DNA from: Moniliella sp. 'wahieum'
Lineage: Eukaryota
DNA length: 64,000 bases
Assembly (NCBI GenBank): GCA_003971905.1
Contig: RSEE01000049.1
Coordinates: forward strand, 124,001-188,000
Reading direction: 5' to 3'
This document shows positions 50,401-62,758 of this stretch, piece after piece (the stretch's first letter is position 1; each line of letters opens with the position of its first letter). The notes under the pieces are model-generated. The model saw nothing but the letters and a program-made list of their open reading frames with translations. It was not told the origin of the DNA and ran no database searches. A program made the translations under genes and the position numbers.

Positions 50401-51735
50401 GGACACGCTCTGTGTGTCGCGAGCGGTGCGAAGGCTACGGCCCCGCTCTGGCTCGTCCGTGATCGAGGTTAGGGCGACAGGCGAAGCTACCGCCCTGGTC
50501 CCTATTGGGCCCTTGGGATGCCCAGCGCCAGCGGGCGAGAACGCCGAGGAGTCGGGCATGTTCGTGTATGAGCCGTCTGGCCTGGGACTAGGTCCAGGAA
50601 AAGATAGATCCCTAGAATCATGAATGGAGGCGATTGAATTCCCTCGTTGAGAACTGGTCTTGACTTGCGCAGAGACATCATCATGCGCCAGTCAAGTTCT
50701 GCTGGTGCGCGGAAGCAAATGTCAGTGTCCATGTTTCGGGGCGTGATCGAGGATTCCAGCCAAAGGAAATCCAACAATAGTGCATACTCCATTCGGCTCT
50801 TGTTGGCCAGTTGAGACTTTGGTGAGCGTACAAGCGCCACACCTGTAGGTAGTGTATCGTCGCGTGTCATCTGTTCAATGTCCTCCTCCTCATCCAGTCC
50901 CTCCAGTAGCTCAAGAGCGTCCGAGACAGTGCCCCCAGCACCTGAAATGACCGCCCCTCTCCCCCAGAGAGCTGGACTGTAGGGCCCGACGCCAAGGCAG
51001 GCTGCGATGCAGGGAGACCATCGCCGATGGAGCGGGGGCGTCGTCGTGGAGGAAGACCGCTCGCGGGTGCAGTAGGGGAGGGAGCCCACGCAGCCAAGGC
51101 AGCCGCCAAAGCGTCATGAGGCAACGCGGCCCAATTGACTGTTTGTCCCGCCCACTCAGGCAGGGCGGGGTCGATGTCTCCCCCTGTGCGGCCGAGGGGG
51201 GCAGGCGGGTAGGGGGAAAGAGGGCTACGGACGGGGAGGCAATGCCCGATTGGCGTACTGGCCTGGGGCGGATAGGCGATGCAAGTGTGCGCGGCGAGCC
51301 CGGGTTCGCCACGTGGAGGCACGTCGGCGGGTGCACCGGTGGTACTGGCTGTGCCAGGGGACGTCTCTGCCTCGGCGAAGGCGAGCCAAAGCCCATTCCC
51401 TACCCATGCCCATGCTCGATGGCGTTGGGATGCGGCGGCAGTACGGGACTGAGGAGCAGGTACGGCCGATGCGCCGGGGTGTGGCCGGGAAGACGGGGCG
51501 CAAGCATCTGCATGTTGCGGCGCATCGCTTGGGCAGCCGCGGCGGCCGCCCAAGCGGGGTTGGAGTAGGGCGAGGCGACACCGGGTTGCTGCGGGAGGAG
51601 CTGTGGGTGGGCGTGCTGGGCGGTGGCTGGGCAGCGGCTGGGAGGGCGATAGCAGCCGAGGCGTTGTGGCTGGAGGAGGGCCGCGATCGCTGCCGCCGCG
51701 GCGGAGGCAGATGAAGTTTGGGGTGGAGCATCCAT
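47440..51735 (-). CDS. areA: AreA/Nit2/Gat1-type nitrogen-regulatory GATA transcription factor; heavily frameshifted, 3' end approximate
   Basis: Zn finger '[50 protein letters not shown]' (about 48280-48430), DUF1752-like '[28 protein letters not shown]', 'MVRKTSFDH'. TATA-like CTATATA at 51830-51836. Confidence 0.88.
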
Positions 51736-54700
51736 GCCGGGCGGCGACGACGACTGGGGGGGGGGGGGACACAGAGACGAGGGGCGGAGGGCAGGGGCGA
51801 AGGAGTGCAGAGCGGTGGTGGAGGCGGAGTATATAGTGGGCACGTATATTGATTGCACGGCCAAGTCGGCTGCCCCCCGGGGCGGGGCCCTTCTGCTCCG
51901 CTGTGCGCTCGGGCTCACTGCCGCAAGCTGCGACGCAGCGCTCCGGCTGTGTCCTCGCCTCAGCAGCCTGGAGCGCTGGGCAACTGCGGGGACTGAGCAC
52001 CAGTGTATCCATCAGATCCCAGAGGACGCGAATGAGTGGGCGCACTCAGTCCCAGGACACCTCGCTTGGGTCAGACTCCGTCAGAGTATGCGTACTCAAT
52101 GAGTACATCCCTCGGCCACATCATCCATCGGCTGCATCATGCTCCTCCTGAGTGGAGTAGCCCAGCAAGTTCACTTGATCATGCACCATGCATCATGCAC
52201 CATGCACCACTCCCACCCCCACGCTGATGCATGACGGTGACGCGTGACGTCCCTGACATGTGGCATGCGCCTGGGAGTGACAGGTAGCTGTGACGTGTGG
52301 CATGCTGGCCGGAGCTTATTCTAAGCGCTATCTGCCCACGCATCAACAAAGTCACCGATTCTGCTGCTGGGTACGCGTGATTGGTGGGCTTGCCCTGGGG
52401 TACGGCCCTGGCAAGGCCTAGCGAAGCCCAAGCAAGGTCTGGCGTCGCCAGCGGGGCTGCAGCCGAGATCCGATTGATATCTTCCAGTATTCAACGTTCC
52501 AATTCTGCTGGATGAACGTTCATTGAACGATCAAGGCCTCAAGCCGCTCAGCCTGAGCGGCTCATCGCTCAGTGTATTCAATGCGGTCAATAGTTTTGGC
52601 ACGGCCCATGGAGTGTTCCTGCCTGTTCCTTATTTTCCTCCCTCACGCGGTACCCAAGCCGGGGCAAGCAAACGCAAGAAAGATTCCTGGGCCAGCAACG
52701 CGTTAGGTACGGCATGTCCCAGAGCAAACCGATTGGTGCCCAACGCGCCCAACTCGCGTCCTTTGTTTCAGCACACATACATGTGGGTCTACCGTGTGCG
52801 GGGAGGGGGGCGAGGAGGGAGAGAGAGAGACAAGATCCGGGGAAACATAACCAGGAACTGCTCTGCCTTTTTACCACTCAGACCACACCGCTCCTTGAGG
52901 AGACCTCTCTCCTTCTTTTGCCCCACGGGCCCATATGTGTGCCTTTCTTCGCGGAGAGCTCGTTTATTTGGGATCTTCTTCGGGCTGTCTGGAAGGGGTG
53001 TAACATGTAACAGGTTGCTGTACTGAATATACTGATGAATGAGGCCTGAGGGCCCGAAGCTATGTAGGAATCCGAGTGGAACACTGTCCTCTATGTGCCC
53101 TCCCAGGCCCTCCCATGTACGCCAGCCGTCACAACGCCGGCAACTGGGCAGACCCGTGATCGAGGCTTCCGGGGCGGGCGATTGAAAAAACTGCCATCGA
53201 CATGCTCAGCCTGAGTGCTGAGACTCAGCAAAGTGGACTGCATGGTGGTACTTACGTCTCTCTTCAGAGTGCTACACGTGGTCAGAGCTAATTGCGACAT
53301 CGAAGCCTAGACCGTGGATTGTCGAGAAAAGAAAACAGGGTGGGGGGCAGGGGACCACAGAGGCCGCTACGCGTTCAATACCATGGGGTTTGCTGGGGTG
53401 TCTCAAGCGTCAAGTCCGAGTCTCCTTCAATTATTTTGGGGACATATAATTTTTGTCTTTTCTTCGGGCTCGCTTCCGGTCCAGCCGCTCTGGCTCCCTC
53501 TGGCCGGGTGCCAAGCCCACCATCCCTGTCTTTTCTATACCTAACCCCCTTTGTAGAAGAACGTTTGATGGTCTGGAGGCTTTGACGTTCTTCCCCCCTT
53601 TGATTCAAAACATATACGAAGATCTCCTCGGGCAACAGGGGAGTTCTTCCGCATCATCTCCCGTCGTTGATGAGATGAAAACCGTCCATCCTGCATGATC
53701 ATGCTTTGAAGCGTTCGTCGATCTGTTGTGTCCTCCCGACGTGAATATGATGAACACATATACCTGGGTGGGGGTTACCTATCCCCCCTATCCGTCTCAA
53801 CTCCATTTACTGTATTATGCATCAGGAATTAAAGCGTCGATCTCGGCGAGCACATCTTCTAGAGTCGAATCTCCACTCCATGGAGCGAAGCAGATATAGC
53901 GAATTTGAATATTCGTCCCAGCACAGTATACCGCTAAAGTACACGGTGTCCTTGAAAAGGAATACCATTAGATTCTGATGGGATGTCCTCCCCTTTTCGC
54001 GCACTTTGATCCCAAGACTCATCCCGCGACAAGCGTCACCGCCCACGCACAACTAAAAGTTCCACCAGGACCTTGAACCTCTGTCCTCGAATCCAGTCCG
54101 TGTGGTCCCATTCGATGTATAATATCCGCACTTGCGCAGGCTTTGTTGAGGAAGAAAACTGAGTATCTTCGATCCATAATATTCCCTGCGCCAGCCAGTA
54201 TGGTAATGCCTGTCGTTCGTCCGTGCAAGTACGCGGTGACAAGGCGTCTCTGCCCCAGCTTCTCCTCCGGGTGCAAACCTTTTCTCACCTCGGCCGCGCT
54301 GCGAGGAAGACAGCCAGCCGGCCTGCCTGTCGGACGCTCTCTGGTAGCAGGGAGCACACCACTTCCCGCTCCCACCTGGAGCAAACCTATACAACTGTGG
54401 GTGGCGGTACCACATATCTACCCTCGCAAAGAAAGATGACGATGCGGGGCGTACGGTGCAGCATGGTGGTGAAGCTGCGGTGGCACACACGCAGCGGTGA
54501 AAGCAGTGTTTTACACAGTGCGAGATCCCCAACTGAGGGGGGAGAAGAACAAACACCAGAGGGCTTGATCAAAAGATGTTTCGTCTTCAACAAAGCCAGT
54601 ACCTCAACTCCACCTAGACGAGGGGGCAGATCCTTCCCCCTGCCTTGCCTGGAAGGACAGAGTGACAACATATCAACGTACTGATCAACTACAAGCAAAT

Positions 54701-55256
54701 GGACGCAACGGTCATGTACAACGTCTCGTCCTTTTGTCTAGTTGAAACCCTCCCCCTCCAGCACCCCCTCTGAACTGTTCGGCTGTCGTGAGTGGGAGGT
54801 ACTTTGTCGTGTATGATGCCAGAAGCCTGTTTCTATATCTAGATGGGATGACGAAGGAGGAAATACCCATTGCCGCACTATAGTATGCAATCTGTAGTTG
54901 TCTCTCGCAAGGATAGGCATGAGAAGAGGCCCATCTTGATGCATGTTGGGGAAGAGGATGCATCAGCCTGATCTGTGTGACATGTGACTAGATGGCTCTT
55001 CTCTCCATACTACCATGGCTGCATCTTTTTCAGGCGCCGAAGCAGGAAGGAAGCTGGAAGCGAGATGGAGCGTGAGAGCAAAGTTAGGTGACGCGCGTGA
55101 CGGGGGGGGCGACATGTGGGTAGCCGGTGATTTGGCGATGGCCCGCCAGCATGAAACGTTCAAGCGGTGTTCGGCTCCCAGGGTTAGGTGAGCGCCGGGA
55201 GTATGCAAGGGCATGCATGCATGCATGCACATGCGCGGTGTGCGGCGGGGGGAGCA

Positions 55257-55304
55257 TGTGACATGTGACATGTGACATGTGATGCATGATGCATGATGCT
55301 GATG
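55257..55304. repeat. In-register 7-mer array (TGTGACA)x3-TGTGATG-(CATGATG)x2
   Basis: Units at 55257, 55264, 55271, 55278, 55285 and 55292, preceded by (GCAT)n at 55211-55228. Confidence 0.95.
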
Positions 55305-55667
55305 CATGTGCGGCTGGCTGCTGTGGGGCGTGTGGCGAGGGTGCTAGTGTGGTGCACTCGTGGCGCCGCCCGGCTGCACGCACGGGGGCGCATCCGCATG
55401 TGGCACAGGGCGCCCGCCAGGGGGCAGTGTGTTGCCCGGTTTGTTCTGGCGGAACAGGTGGTGCTGACTTGGAGCTGGGAGACTCAGGCTGTCGGGAGCT
55501 CCCTATTCCATCCCGAGCACCGAGCAGTCAGGCGACGGGTGATCGGTGAGGCTCACTAGCTGCACTGGCCGCGGGTCCAGGGTTCTGCGCCGTATCACCG
55601 GTGCCAACGTGACTTGGCCAGGCACTTCCACTCCCCCTCGTCGCCCCTCGTCCCCCGGGTGCCGAGG

Positions 55668-58600
55668 ATGCCCGCTGCGCTCCCGCCGGCGCTGCCCACC
55701 CCACGCCCTCGCCCTCGCTCTCGCCCACCCCCAGCTCCACCGCCCTCCCCGAGCCCTGGCCGCTGGACTCGGCCGAGAGAGAGAGGACGATGCGTCGGAT
55801 CGTCACCAGGAAGCGTCCGCACCCGCGCCCGCACCCGCGCCCGCACCCGCGCCGCACCGCGCCCGCCACCTCCACCAGCCCCCAGCCCCCGCCCGTTCTC
55901 CTGCCCGCCCCAAACCCCTCTCCCCGCCCGCAGTGCCGCCCACCACGCCCACCATCCGTCTCCCTCCGTCTCGAGTGCGTCTCTCGATGGCTCCCATCCA
56001 GCATCTCCCGTCAAGCCCAAGAGCACCCTTCCCCCCCCACCACCGCCATCGCCGCCTCTACGGCGACCGCATCGTCTCCCACAAGATCACCCACCACCGC
56101 CCCCTGCCCCCTGCGCCTCGCCCTAAGCACCCAACAGAGGAGATTTCGCCCGTACCTTCCGTCGACACACCCGTCTCGCCCCCGCCACAGGCGCCTCTGC
56201 CTCCGACGTGCCCCGACCGGGCTCAGAAGACGCGTCTACTACTCTCTCCGCTCCCGTGACTGCCGACCCCGCCTCCTTGGGCGCCACGCTAAGCGCAGAT
56301 CTGGTCCGTGCTAAGAAACGAGGCTGAGATGGCATGGAATGAGGACCTTCATCTTGTTCCGCGCGAACAGATCATCTTTTGGCTCGGGCGTCCGGCCCTT
56401 GCCACTGGCCTACCGAGGCTGAGGTTTTCGGCGGCCCGACGAGCTTACATGGACCACTTTGACTTTACCAACAAGAGCGTTGACGCCGCTTTACGGATGC
56501 TCTGCGGCAAGCTACTAGTTCGGGCAGAAACCCAAGTACTCGACCGGGTCTTGGATGCCTTTGCCCACCGTTTCTACGAATGCAACCAGCCCCCTGGCCA
56601 ACGGGCTGTACCATTCTCCCGCTCTTGTACACCATTTGGCGTACACGTCTTGTTGCTCAACACCGATCTCCATGTGGCCGATATGGGGCACGCGACTCGT
56701 GCGCAGTTTGTACACAATACTCTCCACACCCTGCGTTCTGAAGAAGAAGATGGTCTTTCCCTTTTCTCAGCACGCAGTAGCACACCTGACCCGCCCTTTG
56801 GTGCTCCTGAGCCCTGCTGCCTCCATATCTACCACTTTCCCCCATCACGCTCATGGTGCACCCCCCTTGTCCCCCAATCTTCCAGGCGGAAGCCCACGCA
56901 AGCCACGCCGCCGCCCATTTACTCGCCCTTCGACACACGGCTCGGCTGACTTGGCTGTCGATGCCTTCGACCCTGTTTGGACGGGCGAAATGGAGAGCAT
57001 GCTCAAGGCACGTACCCCCCCCCCCTCCTCTCCCTGCGATGAAATTCAATTAACATCCTCTCCAGGAAACCTACTCCGCTGTTCGAGCAGAGCAAATTCG
57101 GCTCCCCTCCTGGAGTGGGGAGGCACTGGGAGGACTCCATCCAAATCCTGGAGGGAGCAAACGCGATGTGCGCCGGGCAGCATCCGTGGCCTTCCAGCCC
57201 TACTGTCTCCCTCGAGCGCCTCTCCACTGCGGTTCAATGAACCTATTCTCTCTCCATTGGCCGGTGGCGCGGCCAATGGGACAGAACAGTCCACGCGGCC
57301 TTCTGCACCCGTCGGGTTCGCCTCTTCCCTCAGCCAGACCATCATCCCTGAGGGACAAACTTCGCGTCAGCGAGAGCCTAGCAACCTCACTGACGTAAGA
57401 GAGGATGAGGAGGAGGCGCCTTCTTCCCCGACAAAAGCGGCCACACAACCCCCGCTGCCTCCTTCTGACTTACCCATCCAAGGTCCTGCACCAATTTTGG
57501 AATCCGATTTGGCCCTGGTAGGTCCTCCCTGGGCCAAAGAAGGGATGCTACACGCAAGCAGTTCACTGAACCGGATGGCGCCCCGTGCCAAGGATAAGTC
57601 TTGGTTGGAAGTCTTCGCTGTGGTGCATGATCCTGGCATGATCTCTCTCTTCCGTTTTGACTCTTCTTCCTCTTCCTCGGGAAAGCTGTTGGAGGAGGGA
57701 ATTGGGCCCTTAACGCCCACCAGGTGGGACAGGTGCCTTTACAACATGCTATCGCCCATGCACTTCCTCCTCCAGGATACAGTCGTTCCCGGCCCCACGT
57801 GGTTAGCCTTCACCTCGCGAGCGGTGCCGTGCTTTACTTCGAGACGTCCCATGAAGGCTTGGTTGGAGAATGGTGCGGTCGATGAACTACTGGGCCGCCC
57901 GTACCTCGCTGTTCTCACTGTCGAGCCTGTGACAAGCCTCGACTTTGGTTGGAAGTTTCCCGAGCAATCCTCCTCATCGCAGTCCCCCTCAGGCTCAGGC
58001 TCAGGCTCAGGATCGGGGTCCAGCTTAGACCGAACCTTTGCCCCTACCTCCGCTCCTGATTCCACCTTGGCCTCCACTCCATTGGGAAAACGCCCGTCCT
58101 CACCCTCACGCTTGCTCGCCCCTTAGTCCAAGCGAGGGCCACCTCCCTGGAAGTGTGCGTGCAGTGTCCGATGCAGGCAGCTCTGCCTCTTTGAATGCTC
58201 TCACTCGTCCTTCGACCTCGGGAACTGGTCATACCTCCTTCCAAACCTCTGAACCTTCAACAGGCTCGCCAAACCAAGACGAACGCCGCGCCTTTCCTAC
58301 GGGCAAGGAGCTAAAGAACTCGCTTCATCGTGGCCCCTCCCACGACGTTATACGCTCTACGTTTTCTGGCCAGATGCCCTCTCCTGTGGCGCGGCGTGGC
58401 TTGGCGGGTCTCGGCAAGGCCCTGCTTGGTCTCGGAGCTAAAGTTTCCAGTGGCCGACCGGCCCATGGACTCGACGTGCGGCACGGACGTGCTGGCTGGC
58501 GCTCTGCATCGCCCAACGAGATGACCAAGTTCCCTTACGAGCGCGACTTTATTGGGACCTGGGTACCTCCCACAGCCCATGCGCATCTCGACTTTCTCCG

Positions 58601-59017
58601 AGTCGCAACAGCTGAACGCGTTGCAGGACACTGTGATGCGTACCGAGGTCTTTTGGCACAACATCAAGCTGTGCGAAGCCGGATGGTGGCGCGCTACCAT
58701 CCCAGGGGGAACAATGCCGCCCTGCCAAGGCCAACGGGACCCGCAAGCAACATTACCTTCTCGACGAACTGAGCAAGTACCGTAACTACGTCACCGTTCT
58801 CCGTGTCGCCCGGGACAAACGCGCGCGGCTGCGCCGCAAACCAGATGGAACGATTGTCGATCCGCTGGTGGAACCGGTGAACGGTACTTTGGACTTTGCT
58901 TCTGCTTCTGCGTCTGCTTCTGCGTCTGCTTCTGCGTCTGCTTCCCTTCCTCGTCCCACTCTTGCTCAGCCTCCTCATCCTTCTTTCCGTGGCTTGCCCC
59001 TAACCCCTAACCCCTAA
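55668..59017 (+). CDS. SYT1: Sec7 + PH domain ARF guanine-nucleotide exchange factor (Syt1-like); start uncertain
   Basis: 'YMDHFDFTNKSVDAALRMLCGKLLVRAETQVLDRVLDAFAHRFYECN', 'LLLNTDLHVAD', 'LALVGPPWAKEGML', 'KDKSWLEVFAVV', 'YLLDELSKYRNYV'. Last frame stops at TAA 59015-59017. Confidence 0.85.
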
Positions 59018-59021
59018 CCCC
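58997..59021. repeat. (CCCCTAA)x3 telomere-like interstitial repeat
   Basis: CCCCTAACCCCTAACCCCTAACCCC read directly; overlaps the SYT1 stop codon. Confidence 0.8.
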
Positions 59022-59985
59022 TCATCCATCTGTCCCCTGTCAGCTTATGGCCCCTGCGTCCGGGCCTAGCTCCGTTTGTTTATATCTTGCTGTGCCTGTC
59101 CATCTTTTATGCACTGCTTGTATCATCTCTTGGGGAGAGAATGTGGTACGCTGTGCTTCTTCTCTCCTTTCTTCTCCTCCCCTGTTCTTCCTGTGTGTAG
59201 GCAGAAACACTGTCCGGAAAGCGGTGTGGCGGTAAGGTAAAGTGACAACCCGGATGCGCAGGCGTCCCAGGTCAGGATCTACGATCATACCCTTCTCCCC
59301 TTTTCAGCAGTCTCTCATTCACCCCACCATCGTCAGCGTCGTTTGCATAGTGATGCTAGCTAGCCCTGATATACGCCTTTATAGGCCCCTCCCTGCCTTG
59401 TCTATGCTTGGACCATTGCCCTTGTATTCGTACGCACGCCTGTATCGAAGGCCGATCGTGGGTTTAGCCATGGACGGGACGCGGGCAGAGGGGAGATGTT
59501 CAACGTCTTCAACATCCAGTGTCCACCTTGGCACTCGCCGGCGCTGCAACCAACACCAGCCAACGCCGCCCTCCCGCCCGCGCCTGGGCTGCTGTGCTCG
59601 CCAGCCCAGCGCCCTGGTGCTGCGCCCGCTGCGCTCCGCGCCACGTCGTGTGGTGCGCCCCGCCCTGCACAGGGGCTGTGTGTTACGTCACCCGCTGGAG
59701 CATCACGCACCCAGCGTCACCCGTCAGATGTTCAGATCTCAGAGCTGGGAGCTGCGGCGCTTCAAGAAGCAGCCGGGCGGGACACAGCCCCTGTGCTGTT
59801 CTTTCCCCTGTCCCCTTCCCGCTCGCGTCTGGCCGCCATGGACCATCCATCGCTGCCGGCGGGGTTGCGCTGGCAGTACACGCTGAGGTGCCTGCCGTCT
59901 CTGCGCCACCTCCTCCGCGTCCGCTTTCCCACCCCGCCGCCACCCTCACCCTCTGCCCCGCTCCTTGTCCCCAGCTCAGCCAACC

Positions 59986-60596
59986 ATGGTACGTGCTTCT
60001 CCGTCGGTCGCAACGCACTGCTGACCCTGCCTCCACCCAGTCCTCCGGTGTCAAGGTGAACCCGTCGTGCCTCGAGGCCTTCCAGACGCTCAAGCTGGGC
60101 AAGAAGCTCAAGTACATTGTCTCAAGCTGTCGGACGAAACACTGAGATTGTGGTGGCCAAGACGTCGGAATCGGGCGACTACGACGAGTTCTTGGCGGAG
60201 CTGCCGCCGCAGGACTGCCGGTACGCCGTGTACGACCTCGAGTTTGAGAAGAGCGGAGAGGCAAGCGGAACAAGCTCTGCTTTTCTCTTGGTCCCCCGAC
60301 GAGTCCAAGATCAAGCAGAAAATGGTCTACGCTTCCTCCAAGGACGCCATTCGCAAGTCGCTCGTCGGCATCTCGACTGAGATCCAGGGCACTGACTTCT
60401 CCGAAGTCTCGTATGACACGGGTACGTTCCCTGCCCTTTCCCCCTGCCTTTCCCTTCCGCCTGCCTTCCCCCTTTCCCTGCCTTTTCCCCTGCCTGTTCC
60501 TATCCGCTTTCCTCTTGGCTCTGCCGGTGTACTCTACTAACCTCCCTGTCCTTCCGTCCTTCTGCAGTCCTGGACAAGGCTTCCCGCGGGTACTAA
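59986..60596 (+). CDS. COF1: Cofilin / actin-depolymerising factor
   Basis: ATG + intron 59989-60040, 'SSGVKVNPSCLEAFQTLKLGKKLKYIV', 'CRYAVYDLEFEK', 'WSPDESKIKQKMVYASSKDAIRKSLVGI..EIQGTDFSEV', second intron 60422-60567, 'VLDKASRGY*'. Confidence 0.96.
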
Positions 60597-61074
60597 GCTA
60601 GACTCTGGAGGAGTTGGTTCCCGCAAGGGACCTGACCTCTCGCGTGTCTCTCTGCTCGGGACTTGTAGTGCTGAGGCGTGCCATGACCCAATGACCATCG
60701 TACTCCTTCCGTTATCATCGCATCGTACCCCACCCTACTCCTACACACTCTAGCTGCGAGAGAGTAGGGTGGTTGCCTAGGCATGTGCTACAGGTGCGGT
60801 GGGTACCCTTCCACTTGTGTAGACGCTCGCCTGGCTAGCTTGCCCACCCAGTAGTCCAGGTGGATGGGAAGAACGAAACCATCATTTCGAAGTACCAAAC
60901 GGAAGAAGAACATCTACAAGTCACTGTGAGCAGTAGTGAAGTCACTCGAGTAGGCAGGGGGGGGGGGGTCGATAATCAGTACCGGTTCTATTGTTCGAGG
61001 TCCACAAAAGACAAGGAGGTGGCAAGAAAAGTGGAGGTGGTCGCCTGGGGAGAAAGGAGCGTCTAGGCCGAGGC

Positions 61075-61451
61075 CTAGACGGGGGATACATTGGCCCCCT
61101 TGGAGGCAAAGTACTCATCGAGCAGGGCAAAAAATTGGCGCTTGTCGCGGTAGCTCAAGGGGGAAAAGGCGATCGGATGATGCTCATCCAGCGACTGGCT
61201 AGGCGAAAAGGTGCGAACGGGAGCAAAGAAGAAGAGGAGCTGGGGGACGGAGAAGGTAGGGCGGAGGGGGTTGTCAATCCGTTCTCATTGTTCATCCGCG
61301 GTGGTGGCAACTGTGGCTTGGCACTCGACGGGAGAGGCGGGCTGCGGCTCCCGAGCGAGCTGGAGGCGGAGGAGGTGCACCACCCCGTGCAGGAGGAGGA
61401 GGAGGGCATTGCCCGCGTCTCTCGAGGGAGGGAGGGACGACTATGGCTCAT
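61075..61451 (-). CDS. Small hypothetical Ser/Pro-rich protein
   Basis: S/P-rich ORF from 'MSHSRPSLP' that, after one indel in a homopolymer, continues into the protein-like 'LSYRDKRQFFALLDEYFASKGANVSPV*'. Confidence 0.4.
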
Positions 61452-62237
61452 CCCACTGGCACCCCCAGCAGGCGGGGGAGGAAGACGGTGTCGCACACTG
61501 CTCCCCCCTGGGTATACTCTTCCCCCAGCTCGTCATTGTGACTTTGGCTCTGCGTCTGTTCCCACCGCACATTTTCCCCCCGCCACGCGCCACCGGTCTT
61601 TGACCCCCATCCCGTGCGCCCCCGTTTGCTGTTCGGCATACTTGGCTCGCTGGTGAAAAAAAAAGGTCAGTTCAACCTCCTTGCAATCCAACACACACGT
61701 CTCAAAGGCTCCGCTGCGTCACGCACCACTGCTTCGCTGGCCCCGGCAAACTTGGATTTGACCCCGGACATTGTTCAAGGGATGATGCAGATGGTGGGTA
61801 AGAGGGTGAGTCGAGTGCCCTGAGCTCCTCGGGACTGCGCCTCAGTGGCGTGAACGTTGAACGTTCGGCGTTGTTGGGCTGAACGTGGAGGACGTAACAC
61901 GTTATAAAGTCGCTCTCTGCGCTCGCGCCGCTAAGGCTGGATCGGATGATAGGGTCCTGCGATCCGCAGTCACTAGCTTTACTAGTTACTATTAGTTACT
62001 AGTTACTTGCTACTGTGCCTTTGTACTTTCTGCATTTGGCGCGCTCATCGACATCCCATGCCGCTTAATTTCTGAAACCAAATGACTGAAACTCCACAAG
62101 CACGTTTCCTTTCCAAATGCGCGGCCGTATTGACGCTAGACCAATCCACGAGGTACAAGCATAAGAGATGGAAGGAAAACTGAGAAATGGCCCCGCTTCC
62201 AGTGTGTAAAATAGAACGATGGAGACGGTGGCATTAA

Positions 62238-62336
62238 GGGCTCATGGTGTAGTGGTATCATGCCTCTTTCGGGACTTTCCCGAGCTGGATTCAGTTCGAA
62301 TAGAGGTGGTCGTGGGTTCAATTCCCGCTGAGCCCC
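62238..62336 (+). tRNA. tRNA-Pro(CGG) with 27-nt intron
   Basis: Acceptor GGGCTCA/TGAGCCC, D-arm TGGTGTAGTGGTATCA, anticodon stem CCTCT/AGAGG with CGG at 62270-62272, intron 62274-62300 after position 37, T-loop GGTTCAATTCC, TTTT terminator just downstream. Confidence 0.93.
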
Positions 62337-62758
62337 CTTTTGGTATATCTTTTTGATCGAAGGCTGATCGATCATCATGCCCTATCGACATGTTGGACAC
62401 ACGGCTTATCATCGCTCGGTATATAGGAATGTCCAGTGGCAGGGGCCGGAGGCCTCTGGTTTTAGCCTGGTCTGTTGGGGATGTCTTTGCCCGATGCCTT
62501 GCCCCCGCCTCTAATTCATTGGGCGCGAGCTGTGAGGAAAACATGAGCGAACCTAGAAGGCGATAAACGTGCCTCCTCAGTTTGTCACTCCGCAAGTTCA
62601 GCCAATGCTTTGAAGATCTAATCCTGCTATATCACGCCTCTCAGGGCAACGTTCCACATAGCTGCCCCCAGTAGGGAAACGCGCTTCATTAGACCTACTG
62701 TTTGGGTAACTCCCAGCTCGCCGTCGCCCTCTTCGAATCTATATACCACTCGTTGCTC

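Noticed and set aside
52861..52880. U5 snRNA loop-I-like GCCTTTTTAC
   Set aside because: One T too many, no closing stem and no Sm site.
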